Source: Hyaloraphidium curvatum SAG 235-1 (Eukaryota > Fungi > Monoblepharomycota). From it: a DNA stretch of 64,000 nt. Shown here in pieces: positions 12,519 through 24,983 of the stretch. The first letter of the stretch is position 1, and the number at the start of each line of letters is the position of its first letter. The stretch lies in the NCBI GenBank assembly GCA_025558095.1, contig JAIVFI010000039.1, positions 421,555 to 485,554 of the forward strand, written 5' to 3'. The notes beneath the pieces were generated by a model that did not search any database, was not told where the DNA came from, and worked only from the letters and a program-made list of their open reading frames with translations. A program made the position numbers and the translations under genes.

Positions 12519-14190
12519 ATGGCGCTCAAGCTCTCTCTAGTTGTGGACCGCGACTTTGCCGTCGCCGCGGTGCCCGACCGCCTCTTCGGGTCCTTTGCGG
12601 AGCACCTCGGTCGCAGCATCTACGGCGGCCTGTACGAGCCCGGCCACCCGACCGCCACGCCCGAGGGCTTCCGCGGGGACGTGCTGGAGCTCGTGCGCGA
12701 GCTCGGCGTGACGCTGGTGCGGTACCCGGGCGGGAATTTTGTTTCGAACTACAAGTGGGAGGATGGCGTCGGACCGCGTTCGAAGCGGCCCGTGCGGCGC
12801 GACCTCGCCTGGGTGTCCCTGGAGAGCAACCAGTTCGGCACGGACGAGTTCGTTTCCTGGTGCCGCGCTGCCGGGGTCGAGCCCATGCTGGCGGTGAACC
12901 TCGGGACGCGCGGCCCCTCCGAGGCAGGCGACCTCGCGGAATACTGCAACCACCCCTCCGGCACCCCGCTCTCCGACATGCGCATCGCCAACGTCGGTCA
13001 CGCCGAGCCGTACGGGGTGAAGCTGTGGTGCCTGGGCAACGAAATGGACGGCGATTGGCAGATGGGAAGCATGCCCGCGGCCGAGTACGGGCGCAAGGCC
13101 CGCGAGGCGGCCAAGATGATCGCCGGGCGGCCGGACTCAACCACCGGAAAGCCCGAAGGCGGGCTCGAGTTCGTCGCCTGCGGCTCGTCCAACCGCGGGA
13201 TGCCGAGCTACGCGGCTTGGGACCAGGGGGTGCTCGAGGAATGCTTCGACCACGTGGACTACATCTCCGTGCACGCGTACGTCGATCCCGCGCGGACGGA
13301 CGTGCCGGGGCTGCTCGCGTTCCCCGAGACCGTGGGCAAGATGATCAGCGAGATTTCTGCCGTCTGCGACGCCGTCGCCGCGCGGCGGCGCAGCCAAAAG
13401 CGTACACACATCTCCTTTGACGAGTGGAACGTGTGGTATCTCTCCCGCGTGGCCTCGGACGTGCGCCCCTGGGCCTCGGCGCCGCCTCTGCTCGAGGACG
13501 TGTACACGCTCGCCGACGCGCTCTGCGTGGGCGGGATGCTCATCGTGCTGCTCAATAATTGCGACCGCGTGAGGATCGCGTGCCAGGCACAGCTGGTCAA
13601 TGTCATCGGGCCCATCATGACCCGCACGGGCGGGCCGGCGTGGAGGCAGACCGTCTTCCACCCGTTCGCGCAGGCGGCGAGGTACGGGGGGGGAGGTGCT
13701 GCGGCTGGCAGCGAGGGGGAAGGTGCCGATGGTCACGGGGGCGGGGAAGGGGGAGGTGCCGGCGATCCTGGCGACCTTTGTCGCCAAGCCGGACGGCACG
13801 GCGGAGCTGTTCGCCGTCAACCGCAGCCTGGACCGGGCCGTGGACGTCGATCTCGCGCTGCGGGGCTTCGCAGGGACGTCGAAGGTCATCGAATGGACGG
13901 TGCTTTCGGACCCCGACCTCAAGGCGGTCAACACCGAGCACGAGCCGGACAGGGTGAGGCCGAGGGCACAGGGCGGGGCACGATTAGAGGGCGGCAGCCT
14001 GAAGGCGCGGTTGCCGCCTGCTTCGTGGAACGTCATTCGATTGCGGTGGGTCTGTTGGAAGCTTTGGTGGATGCTTGTGCTCACCAAGTACTCCCAGAAG
14101 ATGGGGTGTGCTTCAGACGCTATAGACGCTGACATGCATTGTGCGCATCCTGGCGTCGAATCCTTGCAGTCCTTTCATGTCACTACGTGA
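12519..14190 (+). CDS. abfA: GH51 alpha-L-arabinofuranosidase, frameshift in G8 run 13686-13693
   Basis: RLFGSFAEHLGRSIYGG, RYPGGNF, LGNEMDGDWQ, FDEWNVW, QAQLVNVIGPI. The C-terminal domain (FAVNRS..LPPASWNVIRL) is in ORF 13696..14190. The exact end is uncertain because of a possible intron after ~14046. Confidence 0.92.
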
Positions 14191-14331
14191 GCTGTGCAAA
14201 GTTCATGTCTCCCAGCGGGCGTGGAATTCTCGAACGGTCCTCAGGATCCAAGAGTTCCGAAGAATCTTCCGCATTTCACCTGATCGAAGACCAAGGGCCA
14301 ATCGTCCTCGTCTGGCACCCTTCTCAGAGCT

Positions 14332-15521
14332 ATGGCAGCGCCAGCAACTCCCACGGCTCCCTCGCCCTTTCCCGGCGTCGTCACCAACGTCTACGGGAAC
14401 TGGTTCGACCGCAGCGCCCGCGTCCCGCGCAACGCGCCGCCCGCCGTGCTCCCCCCCGCCCCCTCGTCCCGCTCCCGGCCCCGGATCCCCACCGATGCGG
14501 CGGAGCAGTACCGCCGCGATGGCGCGGTCGTGCTCCGCGGCGTGATCCCCGCGGAATGGATCGCACGCCTGCGCGGGCTCGTCGACGCGGCCATGAAGAC
14601 CGCACCGGAAGCGCCGCTGCTCAGGGGCGGCGAGGCGCAGCCGGGGTTTTACCAGGAGCAGGATACGTGGCGGAGGATGCCCGAGGTGCTCGAGTGGATC
14701 AAGGACGGGCCGATGGGGGAGATCGCGGGGAAGCTGATGGGCAGCGGCCATGCGGCGTTCCTGTACGATCAGGTGGGAGGCTGCGTGCCCTATTGTCCTG
14801 AGGAGGAGGTCACGGGTTGGTCACCAAGGTGTTTGTCAAGGAACCCGGTAGCGAGGCCAGGACGCCGTGGCATCAGGACCGGCCGTATTGGGCGGTCAAG
14901 GGCGACCAAGTCTGCTCCATCTGGATCCCTCTGGATCGCATTCCCAAAGAGATTTGCGGTACGTTGGATTTGGAGGCGCCTGATCTCCTCCCGTCTGCTG
15001 AGGCTTATTACATTCCGACACCGCGACTTTGACACCACAGTGGAATACGTTGCCGGGTCCCACCGCTGGCCCGAGCACAACCCCATGTCTTTCGCGGATC
15101 CCAAGGAGGCGATCCCGGGCTACCCGCTCCCGCTGCTCCCCGACATCGACGCAGCCAAGGCCCGCGGCGAGCACACCTTCCTGTCATGGGAAATGGAGCC
15201 CGGCGACGTGCTGGTTTTCTCGGCCATGGCGGTGCACGGGAGCCAGGGGAACGCCCAGAAGGCCAACAGGAGGAGGGCGTGGGCGTTCAGGTTCGTGGGC
15301 GAGGACCATGCGATGGCGGGGCCGGACCCGGGCAAGCTCTGGGGGTGGGTGATTCGCAAGCTCCCAGGGGACACATCTAATCGTTGGATTTGCCGCCGTC
15401 GATCAGGTGGCCGGTGTGCAGGAACTTGTGGGACGAGGGGTTGAAGGAGGGGGAACCCGTGACAAAGCACCCCGACCACCCGATCGTGTGGAAAAAGGAA
15501 GACGACCAGGCCAAGCTTTGA
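14332..15521 (+). CDS. PhyH-family dioxygenase with C-terminal PTS1 (AKL), multi-exon
   Basis: YRRDGAVVLRG, KEPGSEARTPWHQDRPYW, YVAGSHRW, MEPGDVLVF..VHGS. The last exon reads ..KKEDDQAKL, with TGA at 15519-15521. Confidence 0.88.
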
Positions 15522-16367
15522 ATGGTCGTGTGGCTCGTCGACGGAAAAAAGATCGAAATACCACCATTCTCGTGTACTTGCGTCCGATCGAGACAACGAC
15601 GTCCTGTTTGTCGATGACCATTGAAGTCCTAACACGGGCACACGCCTAACCCGCATGGTCGTCATCGGCAAACTGCGCATAGCTCGGCGGGTCCGGGTCC
15701 TGCGCCGCGCCGAAGTGCGGGCCCGCGCGCGGGAAGAGGGCCGCGTATTCTCGGCGCGTGAACCCGAGCAGGTCGGGCCCAGCTTCGCCGACGTCGGCCG
15801 CTCCCTCGACGGAGGGCGATGTTGTAGCGTCTAGGTCGTTTTCCTTGCCCATATTGCGGGCGTACCGGCGTGCCGAGGACGCGGGGCGGGGGGGAGCGGT
15901 GGAACTTTCTGACGCGGCCCAGCGCCAAACATGCGGTCGGGAGACACTTCCGGCAATCAGGCCGCGGGGCCATCCCGCTCCGCGACCCCGAGGCTCAGCG
16001 CAGATGCCGTCGAGTGGAATGATTCCTTATCTTGGCAGCCATTACGCCGAGACTCCGAGACTTACGGACGGGAACAAGAGCCCAGTCGAAGCTCTCCTAC
16101 CACAAGGGGAAGAACCGCAGAGGATGATTGTATCCTTGCAACTGATTGGCCTTTGGAACAAAGTTGATCGATGTGAATTCGCTTGCGAGTACGTAGCAGA
16201 AGCCCAACGGGCCATGGCACAGCCCTGCCATCCTCCTTCCCAGTCAACTCAGCACGGCTTCGCAAAGCTTGCGCGACTTCCGCCCCCTCCCAGCGTGTCT
16301 TTCCATTTCCTCTCACCGATAGCCGCGTCTCGCGCGCCGCCCTCCGCTCCCCCGCCCACGGCCCGCC

Positions 16368-17072
16368 ATGTCGACCCCGCCGAAACCGCCCCGGCAAACG
16401 GACCCCGGCGTCGCCGCGCACCTCGCGAAATTCAACCTCGCGCTGCAGCAGCCCGTCATTGCCGGCTTCGCGGGCACCTCCTCCTCGCGCACCACGCTCA
16501 CCTCGACGCGCGACCCCTCGAGACGCGTCGTCTTCGTCGGCATCCTCAACGTGCCGGGTGCGCAGCCCCGGCTCGCGGCCGCCAGGATGCCGGAGCCGTG
16601 GCACGATTCGAACAACATTTTCGCGGTGCTGCTGGGGTCGCCCAAGGGGGTGAGGGTGCCGGACGGGACGCCGGAGCGGGCGGGGGTGGACGCGCCCGAG
16701 GGCGTGCTGAGGGAGGCAATGGCGGCGGCCGAGTTTGGGGACGAGAGGGGAAAGGTGCCCGTTGGGGAGCTGCCGGGCGCGGGGTGGGTGGCGGCGGGGA
16801 AGAAGGCATCGGGGACGACGAGGGTGGCGCTGTTCGCCCCCACGGAGGTGTCTGAGCGCGGGTTCGGGGACTGGGAGATGGCGGTGGTCACCCTGCAACA
16901 GGTCACGGACGATCCCGAGGTGTGGACGCCCAGGGGCGCGTGGGACGCGGCGAGGGCGGCGGGGCTGCTGAGGCAGCCGGGGCAGGAGGGGTGCGAGGGC
17001 ATGATGCCGCTGCTGGTGGTCTGCAGCACGCTACGGGAGGAGAGGGAAGAAGGCGTGGTGTTTGTCGGGTGA
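16368..17072 (+). CDS. Hypothetical protein (234 aa)
   Basis: ATG-started ORF with strong G/C third positions and globular composition. No family recognised. Confidence 0.55.
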   Translation: MSTPPKPPRQTDPGVAAHLAKFNLALQQPVIAGFAGTSSSRTTLTSTRDPSRRVVFVGILNVPGAQPRLAAARMPEPWHDSNNIFAVLLGSPKGVRVPDGTPERAGVDAPEGVLREAMAAAEFGDERGKVPVGELPGAGWVAAGKKASGTTRVALFAPTEVSERGFGDWEMAVVTLQQVTDDPEVWTPRGAWDAARAAGLLRQPGQEGCEGMMPLLVVCSTLREEREEGVVFVG

Positions 17073-17319
17073 TGACATCCGGATTTGGGCGAGAGGACGT
17101 CGCGGGAGGACGGTTGACGATGCGGGGGTTGTTCGAATGACCCGGGACACATCGCCATTGACTAGACGCTGAATTGCATGCATATGCTGCTCTTTCGGCA
17201 CGCGATCGGTGCGGAGCAAACGACGACGAAGCTTGCTGTGCTCTGCGGCGGAGGTGGATAATCCCCTGAGGGCCCGCCCAGCTTCACCCACCGCAACGCA
17301 CGCCGCATCTCCCGCACCG

Positions 17320-18355
17320 ATGTTACGTCCCACCATTTTGCTCACGGGCGCCACGGGCAACACCGGCCGCGTGCTCGCGGACCTCCTGAAATCGCGCGGG
17401 ATCCCGTTCGCCGCCATGGCGCGCAGCGCGTCCCGCCGCGCGGAGCTCGAAGCGCTTGGCATCCCCGCGGTGCACGGCGACTTCGACGACCCGGCGTCGC
17501 TCCTCTGCGCGCTCGAGGGCATCGAAAAGGCGTACCTGGTCTGCACGCCGGACGAGAAGGTCGTCGAACGAGAGACCGCGTTCATCGAGGCGGCGAGAGC
17601 GGCCGGAGTGAAGCACATCGTCAAATGCTCCGCATTCTGGGCCGGGTTGGACGCGCCGACGCGGAATTTACGCTCGCACGGGGAGATCGAGCTCGCCCTG
17701 CGGGCGTCGGGGGTGCCCTGGACCATAATCCGGCCGCACGGGTTCATGCAGACGTTCACGCTCTTCCAGTGGAACATGATAGAAAAGGCCGGGGCGATGT
17801 CGATGCCTGCGGGCACCGGGGGGATCCCGCTGGTCGATGTCCGAGACGTTGCCGAGGTGGCATTCAAAGCGCTGACCGAACCCGGTCACATCGGCAACGC
17901 CTATGGTGATTGCGGCGCTCGTTTATGTGCTCATTCGTTGCATAGCTGACATTCAACCAACAGATCTTACCGGCCCGGAGGTCCTTACCGGGTACCAGCA
18001 ATGCGCCATCCTGGAAAAGGTCCTCGGCAAGCCCGTAACCTACATTCAGGGCTCGGAAACCCAACTTGAGGCCATCATGTACCTTCTTGGCGTGCCCCCC
18101 GTCCCCTCGGAGCACGTGATCAAGATCTTCAAGCTGCAGCGAGAGCACGCGATGGAAGAGACCACGGACACGCTGGCAGAGCTCGGGGTGGTGCCGACGA
18201 GGTACGAGCAGTTCGTGCGGGATTTAGTGGACGGGAAGACGAGCGGGGGGAACAGCTTCGAACCGCCCAGGACGATGATAGTGAGGTTGATGGACAATGT
18301 GATGCCGTGGCTCGTTTGGGCCTATCTCGGTGTCGTTGGAAGGGGGGAGGCATGA
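17320..18355 (+). CDS. NmrA-like atypical SDR NAD(P)-binding protein (2 exons)
   Basis: ILLTGATGNTG, AARAAGVKHIV, SGVPWTIIRPHGFMQ, VDVRDVAEVA. Intron ~17906-17963, then DLTGPEVLT. Confidence 0.88.
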
Positions 18356-18405
18356 TCCAGAGTACGGAGTGGCAAACAGATTCTCTACTTTCATTTATGT
18401 CACTT

Positions 18406-19203
18406 CTACTTGTCCTGCCCCCCCGAGACAAGGTTCGTCAGGTACTTCCTCAAGTCCGGGTACCCCGAAGTGTTCCACGCCCCATCCACGAGCAGGCTCG
18501 CGCCCGTCACGTACGCAGCGTCGTCGCTGGCCAGGAACAGGCACGGCTTGGCGATATCCTCCGGCGTCGCGGGTCGCCCGATGGGGATCCGCTCGAGGTA
18601 CGCGTCCAGCAGGGGTTTGTTGGCCATGATGAAGTCGGTCATGGGGGATGCCACGAGGCCAGGCAGTACAGCGTTGACCCTGATCCCGCGCTCGGCGAGC
18701 TCCAGCGCTGCGTTGCGCGAGAGCATCTCCACCCCGGCCTTGGCCACCGTGTAGGCCGCCATCATGCGGCCAGGAACGTGGGCATTGAGCGACGCGATGT
18801 TGACAATCGCGGACCCGGGGCCCATGGCGCGCGCCTGGTGCTTGACGGAGAACAGCGTGCCCTTGAGGCAGATGTCGACGGTGAAATCCCAGTCCTTGAT
18901 GTCGACGTCCGCAACCGAACCGCCCCGGGCGGCACCCGCCGCGTTGAACCCGAGGTGCAGCGCGCCGAACCGCTCCTTCGCCGCGCCCACAAGCGCCTCT
19001 ACATCCTTCTCCTTTGTCACGTCCGCCGTGACGGGCACGAACGACCCGCCGAGCTCCGCGGCCAGCTTCTCGTTGCCTTTCGCCGAAATGTCTCCCCCGA
19101 CCACGCGCCCGCCCTCGGCGACGAGGAGGCGCGAGATGGCGGCGCCGATGCCGGAGGAGGAGCCGGTTACGACCGCGATCTTGTTGAGGAAGCGCTTGGC
19201 CAT
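18406..19203 (-). CDS. Classical short-chain dehydrogenase/reductase, intronless
   Basis: VVTGSSSGIG, NAAG, IVNIAS, YTVAK (YxxxK), GIRVNAVLPG, VTGASLLVDG. Confidence 0.93.
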   Translation of the reverse strand: MAKRFLNKIAVVTGSSSGIGAAISRLLVAEGGRVVGGDISAKGNEKLAAELGGSFVPVTADVTKEKDVEALVGAAKERFGALHLGFNAAGAARGGSVADVDIKDWDFTVDICLKGTLFSVKHQARAMGPGSAIVNIASLNAHVPGRMMAAYTVAKAGVEMLSRNAALELAERGIRVNAVLPGLVASPMTDFIMANKPLLDAYLERIPIGRPATPEDIAKPCLFLASDDAAYVTGASLLVDGAWNTSGYPDLRKYLTNLVSGGQDK

Positions 19204-19730
19204 CGGGGGGCCGAGTGGGGTGGGAGATTCGGATGCTGAGGTGTTGGAGTCGCCACCGGCGGAGGCGGCGAGGGAGCACCGCGCATAGCCAACCCGAAAT
19301 CGTCCAGGCAGATGCTGCTACATTACAGCACACGGATGCGCTCTACCGATGTTTCCCTGGGCGGATGCGTGCCTGCGTGGCTGCTGTCGATGCACGAGCC
19401 GCGAACTGGGAGCTGTCGCTTGATCCCCGACTTCTGACGGGGTTCTTGGTCCCCTTGCAGATCTTTCGGCACGCCGTCGTACATACCCGATGGGCGCGGT
19501 GCCTCAGATGGCTTCCGACGTCCATGATCCGGACCAACCCGCGCAAAAGCATCAAAGAGGCGATCTTGACGGGAATCGATCCCACGTCCTTCGTGCCCTC
19601 AACCATCTCAAGGCTCATCCACAGGAGCAAAAGGGCAAAAGGTTATCGGGTGTCCGCGAAGGAGCCCGAGCCTTTCCCCGGACGGGGGGCGTGGTGCACG
19701 AGCACAACGGGTGTCACGAGTGACGGGGTG

Positions 19731-19814
19731 CGGCTAAGCATTGGCTTAGAGCGCCAGTACGAAAGTTCCGCGGCTAAGCATTGGCTTAGAGCGGCAGTAC
19801 GAAAGTTCCGCGGC
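19731..19814. repeat. Two-copy 40-bp tandem repeat with an internal hairpin
   Basis: CGGCTAAGCATTGGCTTAGAGCG(C/G)CAGTACGAAAGTTCCG at 19731 and 19771, one mismatch. CTAAGC and GCTTAG form an inverted pair. Confidence 0.9.
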
Positions 19815-20008
19815 GCGGATCAGTCGGGCGAGGGGGGGACCCTCTACCACTGTGCTATGGCAAGCAGCGGGGCGCTTTGAGAGTACCACGCCACGAGGTT
19901 GACCCCGCGGGACCTGCGAGCTATTCTCCATTGTAAAGTATCTCGGTAGCCGTAAAATCTAGATCCCGCATCTCATGCCCTCCCGCCGTCCGTTCGTACG
20001 CGCCTCCG

Positions 20009-22171
20009 CTACTCCGCGACCACGTTGGCCTCCACCGCCGCGTGCGGCGCCCACCTGTTCATCGCCTTGATCACCAGCACGCTCGCCACCGTCGCCACGT
20101 ACAGCGCCGCGTTGACCGCGTGCCCCGTCTTGTACAGCGGCGCGTCCTGCGGGAGGTAGATGTACGCGCCGACGATGCCGCCGATGCTGCCGGAGGAGAC
20201 GACCATGGCCGAGACCGAGGCGGCCTTGGTGGCGCCCTGGACGTTCTGCACGGCGTAGGTAAAGAGGATGGGGACGGCGGCGGTAGCGATGCAGGTGAGG
20301 TAGAGGAGGCCGTCTGGCGGGGGGCGGGAGACGAGGTGAGCGGCCGCAGAGGAACCGGAACGCGACGAGCGGGCCCACAGTTCGTGTTCGGACTCAGGTT
20401 CTGCTGGATGGTGGCCAGCAGCACCCATCCCACGATCGGCAGCACCAGCGTGCCGACGATGAGCCAGCCGCGCTCGCGCACGTTGTCCGAGACAAAGTTG
20501 ATGGCGAGGTTGTAGCACGCGCCCGTGAGCTGCAGGCCGACGTTGAGCAGCTGCGCGGTGTAGGATTTAAAGCCCATGGCGGCGATGATGGTGGGAATGA
20601 AGTAGGCCTGCCGGGCGTGGGCAGTGCGGGTCAGCTCGACGGCGACGAGGGAAGCACCGAGGCGTGGACGCACCCCGGCGTAGAGCGCCGAGATCAGGCA
20701 CAGCGACGCGAAGCAGAAGATCCACATCTGCACGTTCTTCATGCTGTCGAACAGCTGCTTCTTGTCGAACCGCAATGTGTGCTGCGTCGGCGCGTTGGGC
20801 GGCAGCCTCGCGAGCTGGATCTCGAGCTCCCGGCCCTGGAGGAACTTGCAGGTCGTCGGATAGTCGGGGATGAGCTGCGCGGGGCGGGGAGATAAGCTCG
20901 TCGGCCCTTTCCTCCGCGAACTGTGGGCGAAACCCACCCAGAACGACGCGATCCCGGCCAGCACCGTCGGCACTCCCTCCAAGATGAACAGCCACCTCCA
21001 CCCCGCGAGCCCCAGCGCGCCGTTCATGTTGGCCACGGCGTAGGCGATGATCCCCCCCAGCGACCCGGCGATCCCGGCGCCGACGTAGATGATGGCCCAG
21101 CGAGAGCCGCGCTCGTGCTTCTTGTCTGTCATCCGGTGTGAAAAAGCGGTCAGCACGATGCGAGTGACGGGCAACGGCGGAGGAGGGAGGCACGTACACC
21201 AGAATCCGAGGTAGAAGATGATGCCGGGGGCCAGGCCTCCTTCGAACAGGCCGAGGAAGAAGCGGCACGCGACGAGGGAGCCGAAGTTGAAGGTCGCAGC
21301 CATGAGCGTCGCGCACTGTCCGCCGGCGCCCGAGCAGCGTCAGCATGGCAGCGCTGGAAGCGAACACAAGGGAGACCCACGATGCCCCAGGTGACGCAGA
21401 TCCGCGCGATGTGCACCGACGGCCGCACTTTCATCAGCGTCAGGTTGGACGGCAGCTCCGCGAGCACGTATCCCTGAACGGCCACCGACGTCAGCTTCCT
21501 CTCCCCGCAGCACCGGCGAGCAAGCACCCACGATGAAGAACACCGACACCGCGACATTGTACTGGTTGCCCTCCAGGCCGAGCTGGTACTTGAGCGTGCT
21601 CTCCGGGGTCTCTGCGTACGAAGAGGCGGTCAACGGCATTGCGCAGTGGTGCGGGCGCCGGAAGCTAACCGAGGTTCATGATGGCAGCGTTGCCGAGGTT
21701 CACGCGGTCGATTTGGGAGCATACGTCTGCCGGGGGTGGGAAGAGCGGGGTGGCGTCGGCATGTGAGTCCAGGTCGAGGAGGCCGGCCCGGCAGGGGACG
21801 CACAGATGAAAGTCATCCAGGGGATCTTTCCGTTGCAAATGGCGTCATGGAGAGTAGCGCGCCGGGGTGGGAACTCGTCAGCGACCGCGGTTCCGCACGC
21901 CGCCGAACGGCCGACCCACAATGGCCAGGTCCACCCTCCGCACGACGCGCCGCTCCTCCTCCGCTGTCCAAAAGATCTCACGGGAGTCCTCCTCCGACGG
22001 CGGTGGCGAGCCGTCCCGCTTCTCTCCCTCGACGGCGAGGGCGTACGACTCCTTTGCGAGCTTGTCGTCCGCTGGCACGGCCGCGGCGTCGGGAGCCCCA
22101 TTCGGCGGCGCTGGGGGCGGCACCCCCTCGACGCCCGGGACGACGCCGCTGTGCACTTCCGCGGACGACAT
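20009..22171 (-). CDS. MFS anion:cation symporter (Dal5/Tna1-like), many exons
   Basis: EERRVVRRVDLAI-IPW, IDRVNLGNA, YNVAVSVFF, ELPSN, RFFLGLFEGG, GWRWLFILEGVPT, PQDAPLYKTG. Confidence 0.9.
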
Positions 22172-22835
22172 GGCGCGTTCCGGTGGCGAGCGGCGCGGGA
22201 TTGGCCGTTTGCGGAGGTTTTCCCGGGGCGTTTGAGGTGGCGTCGGAACCAGCCCGCAATGTCGCGAGGGATCCCGTGCCCGGCGGCCACCCCGGTTCCT
22301 TCCGGCCCCGCAGAAAACCCGGCGCGCGGTAGTGCAGTGGATGCGGACGGTGTGGGCGCGGAGGATGGCGTGGAATGGAATCCGCGGGAGGCCGATGGGA
22401 GAGGCCGAGGAGAAGCCCGTGGCTGGTCGCGAGATTATTTCGGCCGAGGCCGCCGCCGAGCACCGTCCTATCCGGGTGTTGGCCGAAGCGGCAATTTAAG
22501 CATGCCAACACATAGACGATGACGATTCTAAAGGCAGAGTCCGGCACCGCTGGCCGTGACGGCGGTGTTTGGGGTCGCCCCAGCCCGACAGGCCCGGTCG
22601 CCGGCGGCCACCGGCCCGGCCGGACGGCCGGATGATCTCGTGGCCCCGGACCCGGGTGACTGGGTGGCAAGCATCAATTACATCCCAGGGTCGTGGGATG
22701 GACTTCGGGGGCTCGCTGGTCGGGCGGGGTATCATCGTGAAGACGCACGGCGCGGTCGGGCGTACATTTCGCCACGATGACCTTTCCAATACGTCCCCGT
22801 GCCAAACACCAGCGCTCCAATGGCAATGCCGCCGG

Positions 22836-24631
22836 TCACCACCTTGCCATCTCGGCCGCCACCTCGACGAACGGTGGCCGGTCGGCCGCCTCCTGCGCCC
22901 ACATCCTCTCCATCAGCGCCCACATGGCGTCCGACGCGGCGTCAGGCCGGGAGGGCCGCTTGCGCTCGTCGCACACCTTGCGCATGATCTGTCAGGAAGT
23001 GGCAAGGTGAGCTTCGATGCTCTGCACGGTGTTAAGGAACCCACAGCCATCGCGTTCATCCCCTGGAACGGGTACATCCCCTCGCTCGTCACCTCGTAGC
23101 ACACCATCGCAAACGCGTACACGTCCGCCGGTGCCCTGAGCTTCTCCCCGTCCCAGATCTCGGGGGCCATGAAGGGCGGCGTGCCACCGCCGCCGCCAGC
23201 GCCGCCGCTGGACGAGTTGGAGAGGTGCGTGCGGACGCGCGAGAGGCCGAAGTCGGCGATCTTGGGGACGTCGTGGTCTGCGGGGAGGTGGTCAGCGGGA
23301 TGAGCGTCGGGAGGCGGCAGCGCGGACTTACCGATCATGATGTTCAGGGACTTGAGGTCGCCGTGCAGCACGCGGAACGAGTGCGGGTACGCCATGCCCT
23401 CGGCAACGCCCTTGATGTACCGTAGCCCCATGCACTGGTCCCAGTCCAGGTCCTCGAGGCGGTCGCGCAGGTTGCCGTCCGTGCAAAACTCTGATACCAT
23501 CATCGGGGGGCTCTCGCATTACGCAAGCAGGGGCAATACTGCGAAAGATGGGCTATCAGTACGCCAGAATCTGGACCGGGGAGTGAAGGCACACACCATT
23601 CCGCTGCGTGAGACCCTCCCAGACAGCGATTTCGTCGAGGAACATCTTGATGGTCCGCGGCGCCACGGTGCCCTTGATAGTCTTGACCGCCACCGCCGTC
23701 GCCCCCCGGAGCACCCCGCGGTAGACCTTGCCGAAGCCGCCCTCGCCGAGCACGTCGTCCTCGTCGTACTTGACATCGATTTTCAAGATCCGAAGCTTCG
23801 AGATGAAGGAGGAGTCCGAGGCCGCCGTCTTGGCCGATCCCATGCTCGATAACGACGAGCCCCCAGATTGCGGGATCAAGGTGACGTCCGGGTTGGGCGA
23901 TGGCACGTTTCTGCCGGGACCAATCGGCGCCGCGGCCGCAAGCTTCTCCTTCAGCGCCAGCTCCCGCTCCTTGAGCTCGAGCTCCTTCATCCGCAGCTCA
24001 AGCTCGAGCTGCCGCCCCTGCTCTGCGGCCGCAGCTCTCGCCTCGGCCTCCCGCCTCTCACGCGCTGCCGGGTCTCTTCCGCCGCGGCTTTGGCTTCGCG
24101 ACGCTGCCGCTCGATCCGCTCCGCCTCAAGACGGGCTTCCTGCTGCTTCCGCGCAGCCTCCGCCTCGTCGAGCCGAGCCCCAACAAGCAGCTCCGTATCC
24201 GGGGTCCCAACGGCAAAAGCCGTGTTACCGTCGCGGTCCTTCAGGTTCACATCGATCCTGGGATCCGCCAACAGCAGCCGGACGACGTCCACCATGTCTT
24301 CCCGACACGCGTAGAGGAAGCCCGTCCGGCCGGCGGTGTCTCTAGCGTTCACGTCGACCCTGGGATCCGCCAACAGCAGCCTGACGACGTCCGCTTTGCC
24401 CGCCCGGCAAGACCAGATGAAACCCGTCCGGCCGTCGCCGTCCCTCGAGTTCACATCGACCCTGCGGTCCCCCAGCAGCAGCCGAACGACTTCCGCGTGG
24501 CCGATGTGGCAAGCGCCGACGAGCGCCGTACCCTCCTTGTTCACGTTCAACTGGCCGTCCCGCAGTAGTTTGCGCACAGTGGCAACATCCCCAACCACGC
24601 AGGCCTGGAGGAACTCCGACTCATTGCCCAT
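22836..24631 (-). pseudogene. Ankyrin-repeat + coiled-coil + TKL protein kinase, disrupted
   Basis: About 4 ANK repeats (VVRLLLADPRVDVN), LGEGGFGKV, VAVK, HGDLKSLN, KIADFGLS, GTPPFMAPE, DVYAF. Frameshift near 24060 and in-frame TAA at 23519-23521. Confidence 0.8.
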
Positions 24632-24983
24632 GGAGGCCGAGGGAAGTGGCGGCGGGCTGGTGCCGCGGTTCCTTGACTGACTGACTGACTTTCGGAGACC
24701 GTGCTGGAGGCCAGTGGACGCACCATATGTAAGTCGAGGGCGGAGAAAACACGTCACACGTCGGTCGCGACTGGACGCCCATACGGCCATCCATCCGCGG
24801 TTTCCGGCCTCAGGGGGCGCTCCCAACATCCAATACATGATGGTTTCTTGACCATCCGGTCGTCCGTGCTTTCGACGGCCGACGCCGGTGAGCGACGCTC
24901 CGCACGAGGCTCACTGCTGCCCGGACCCCTGCCTTCCGCCACTCCACCTTCTCCCATCCTTCCCGGCCCCGCATCCCGCCGCG

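Noticed and set aside
15646-15973. Short minus-strand ORFs
   Set aside because: Possibly a gene remnant, but there is no motif or gene model to support a call.
19300-19700. Short ORFs upstream of the SDR
   Set aside because: Weak codon bias and no recognisable family.
19731-19814. CRISPR-like repeat
   Set aside because: Only two adjacent copies, no spacer, no cas genes, and a eukaryotic context.
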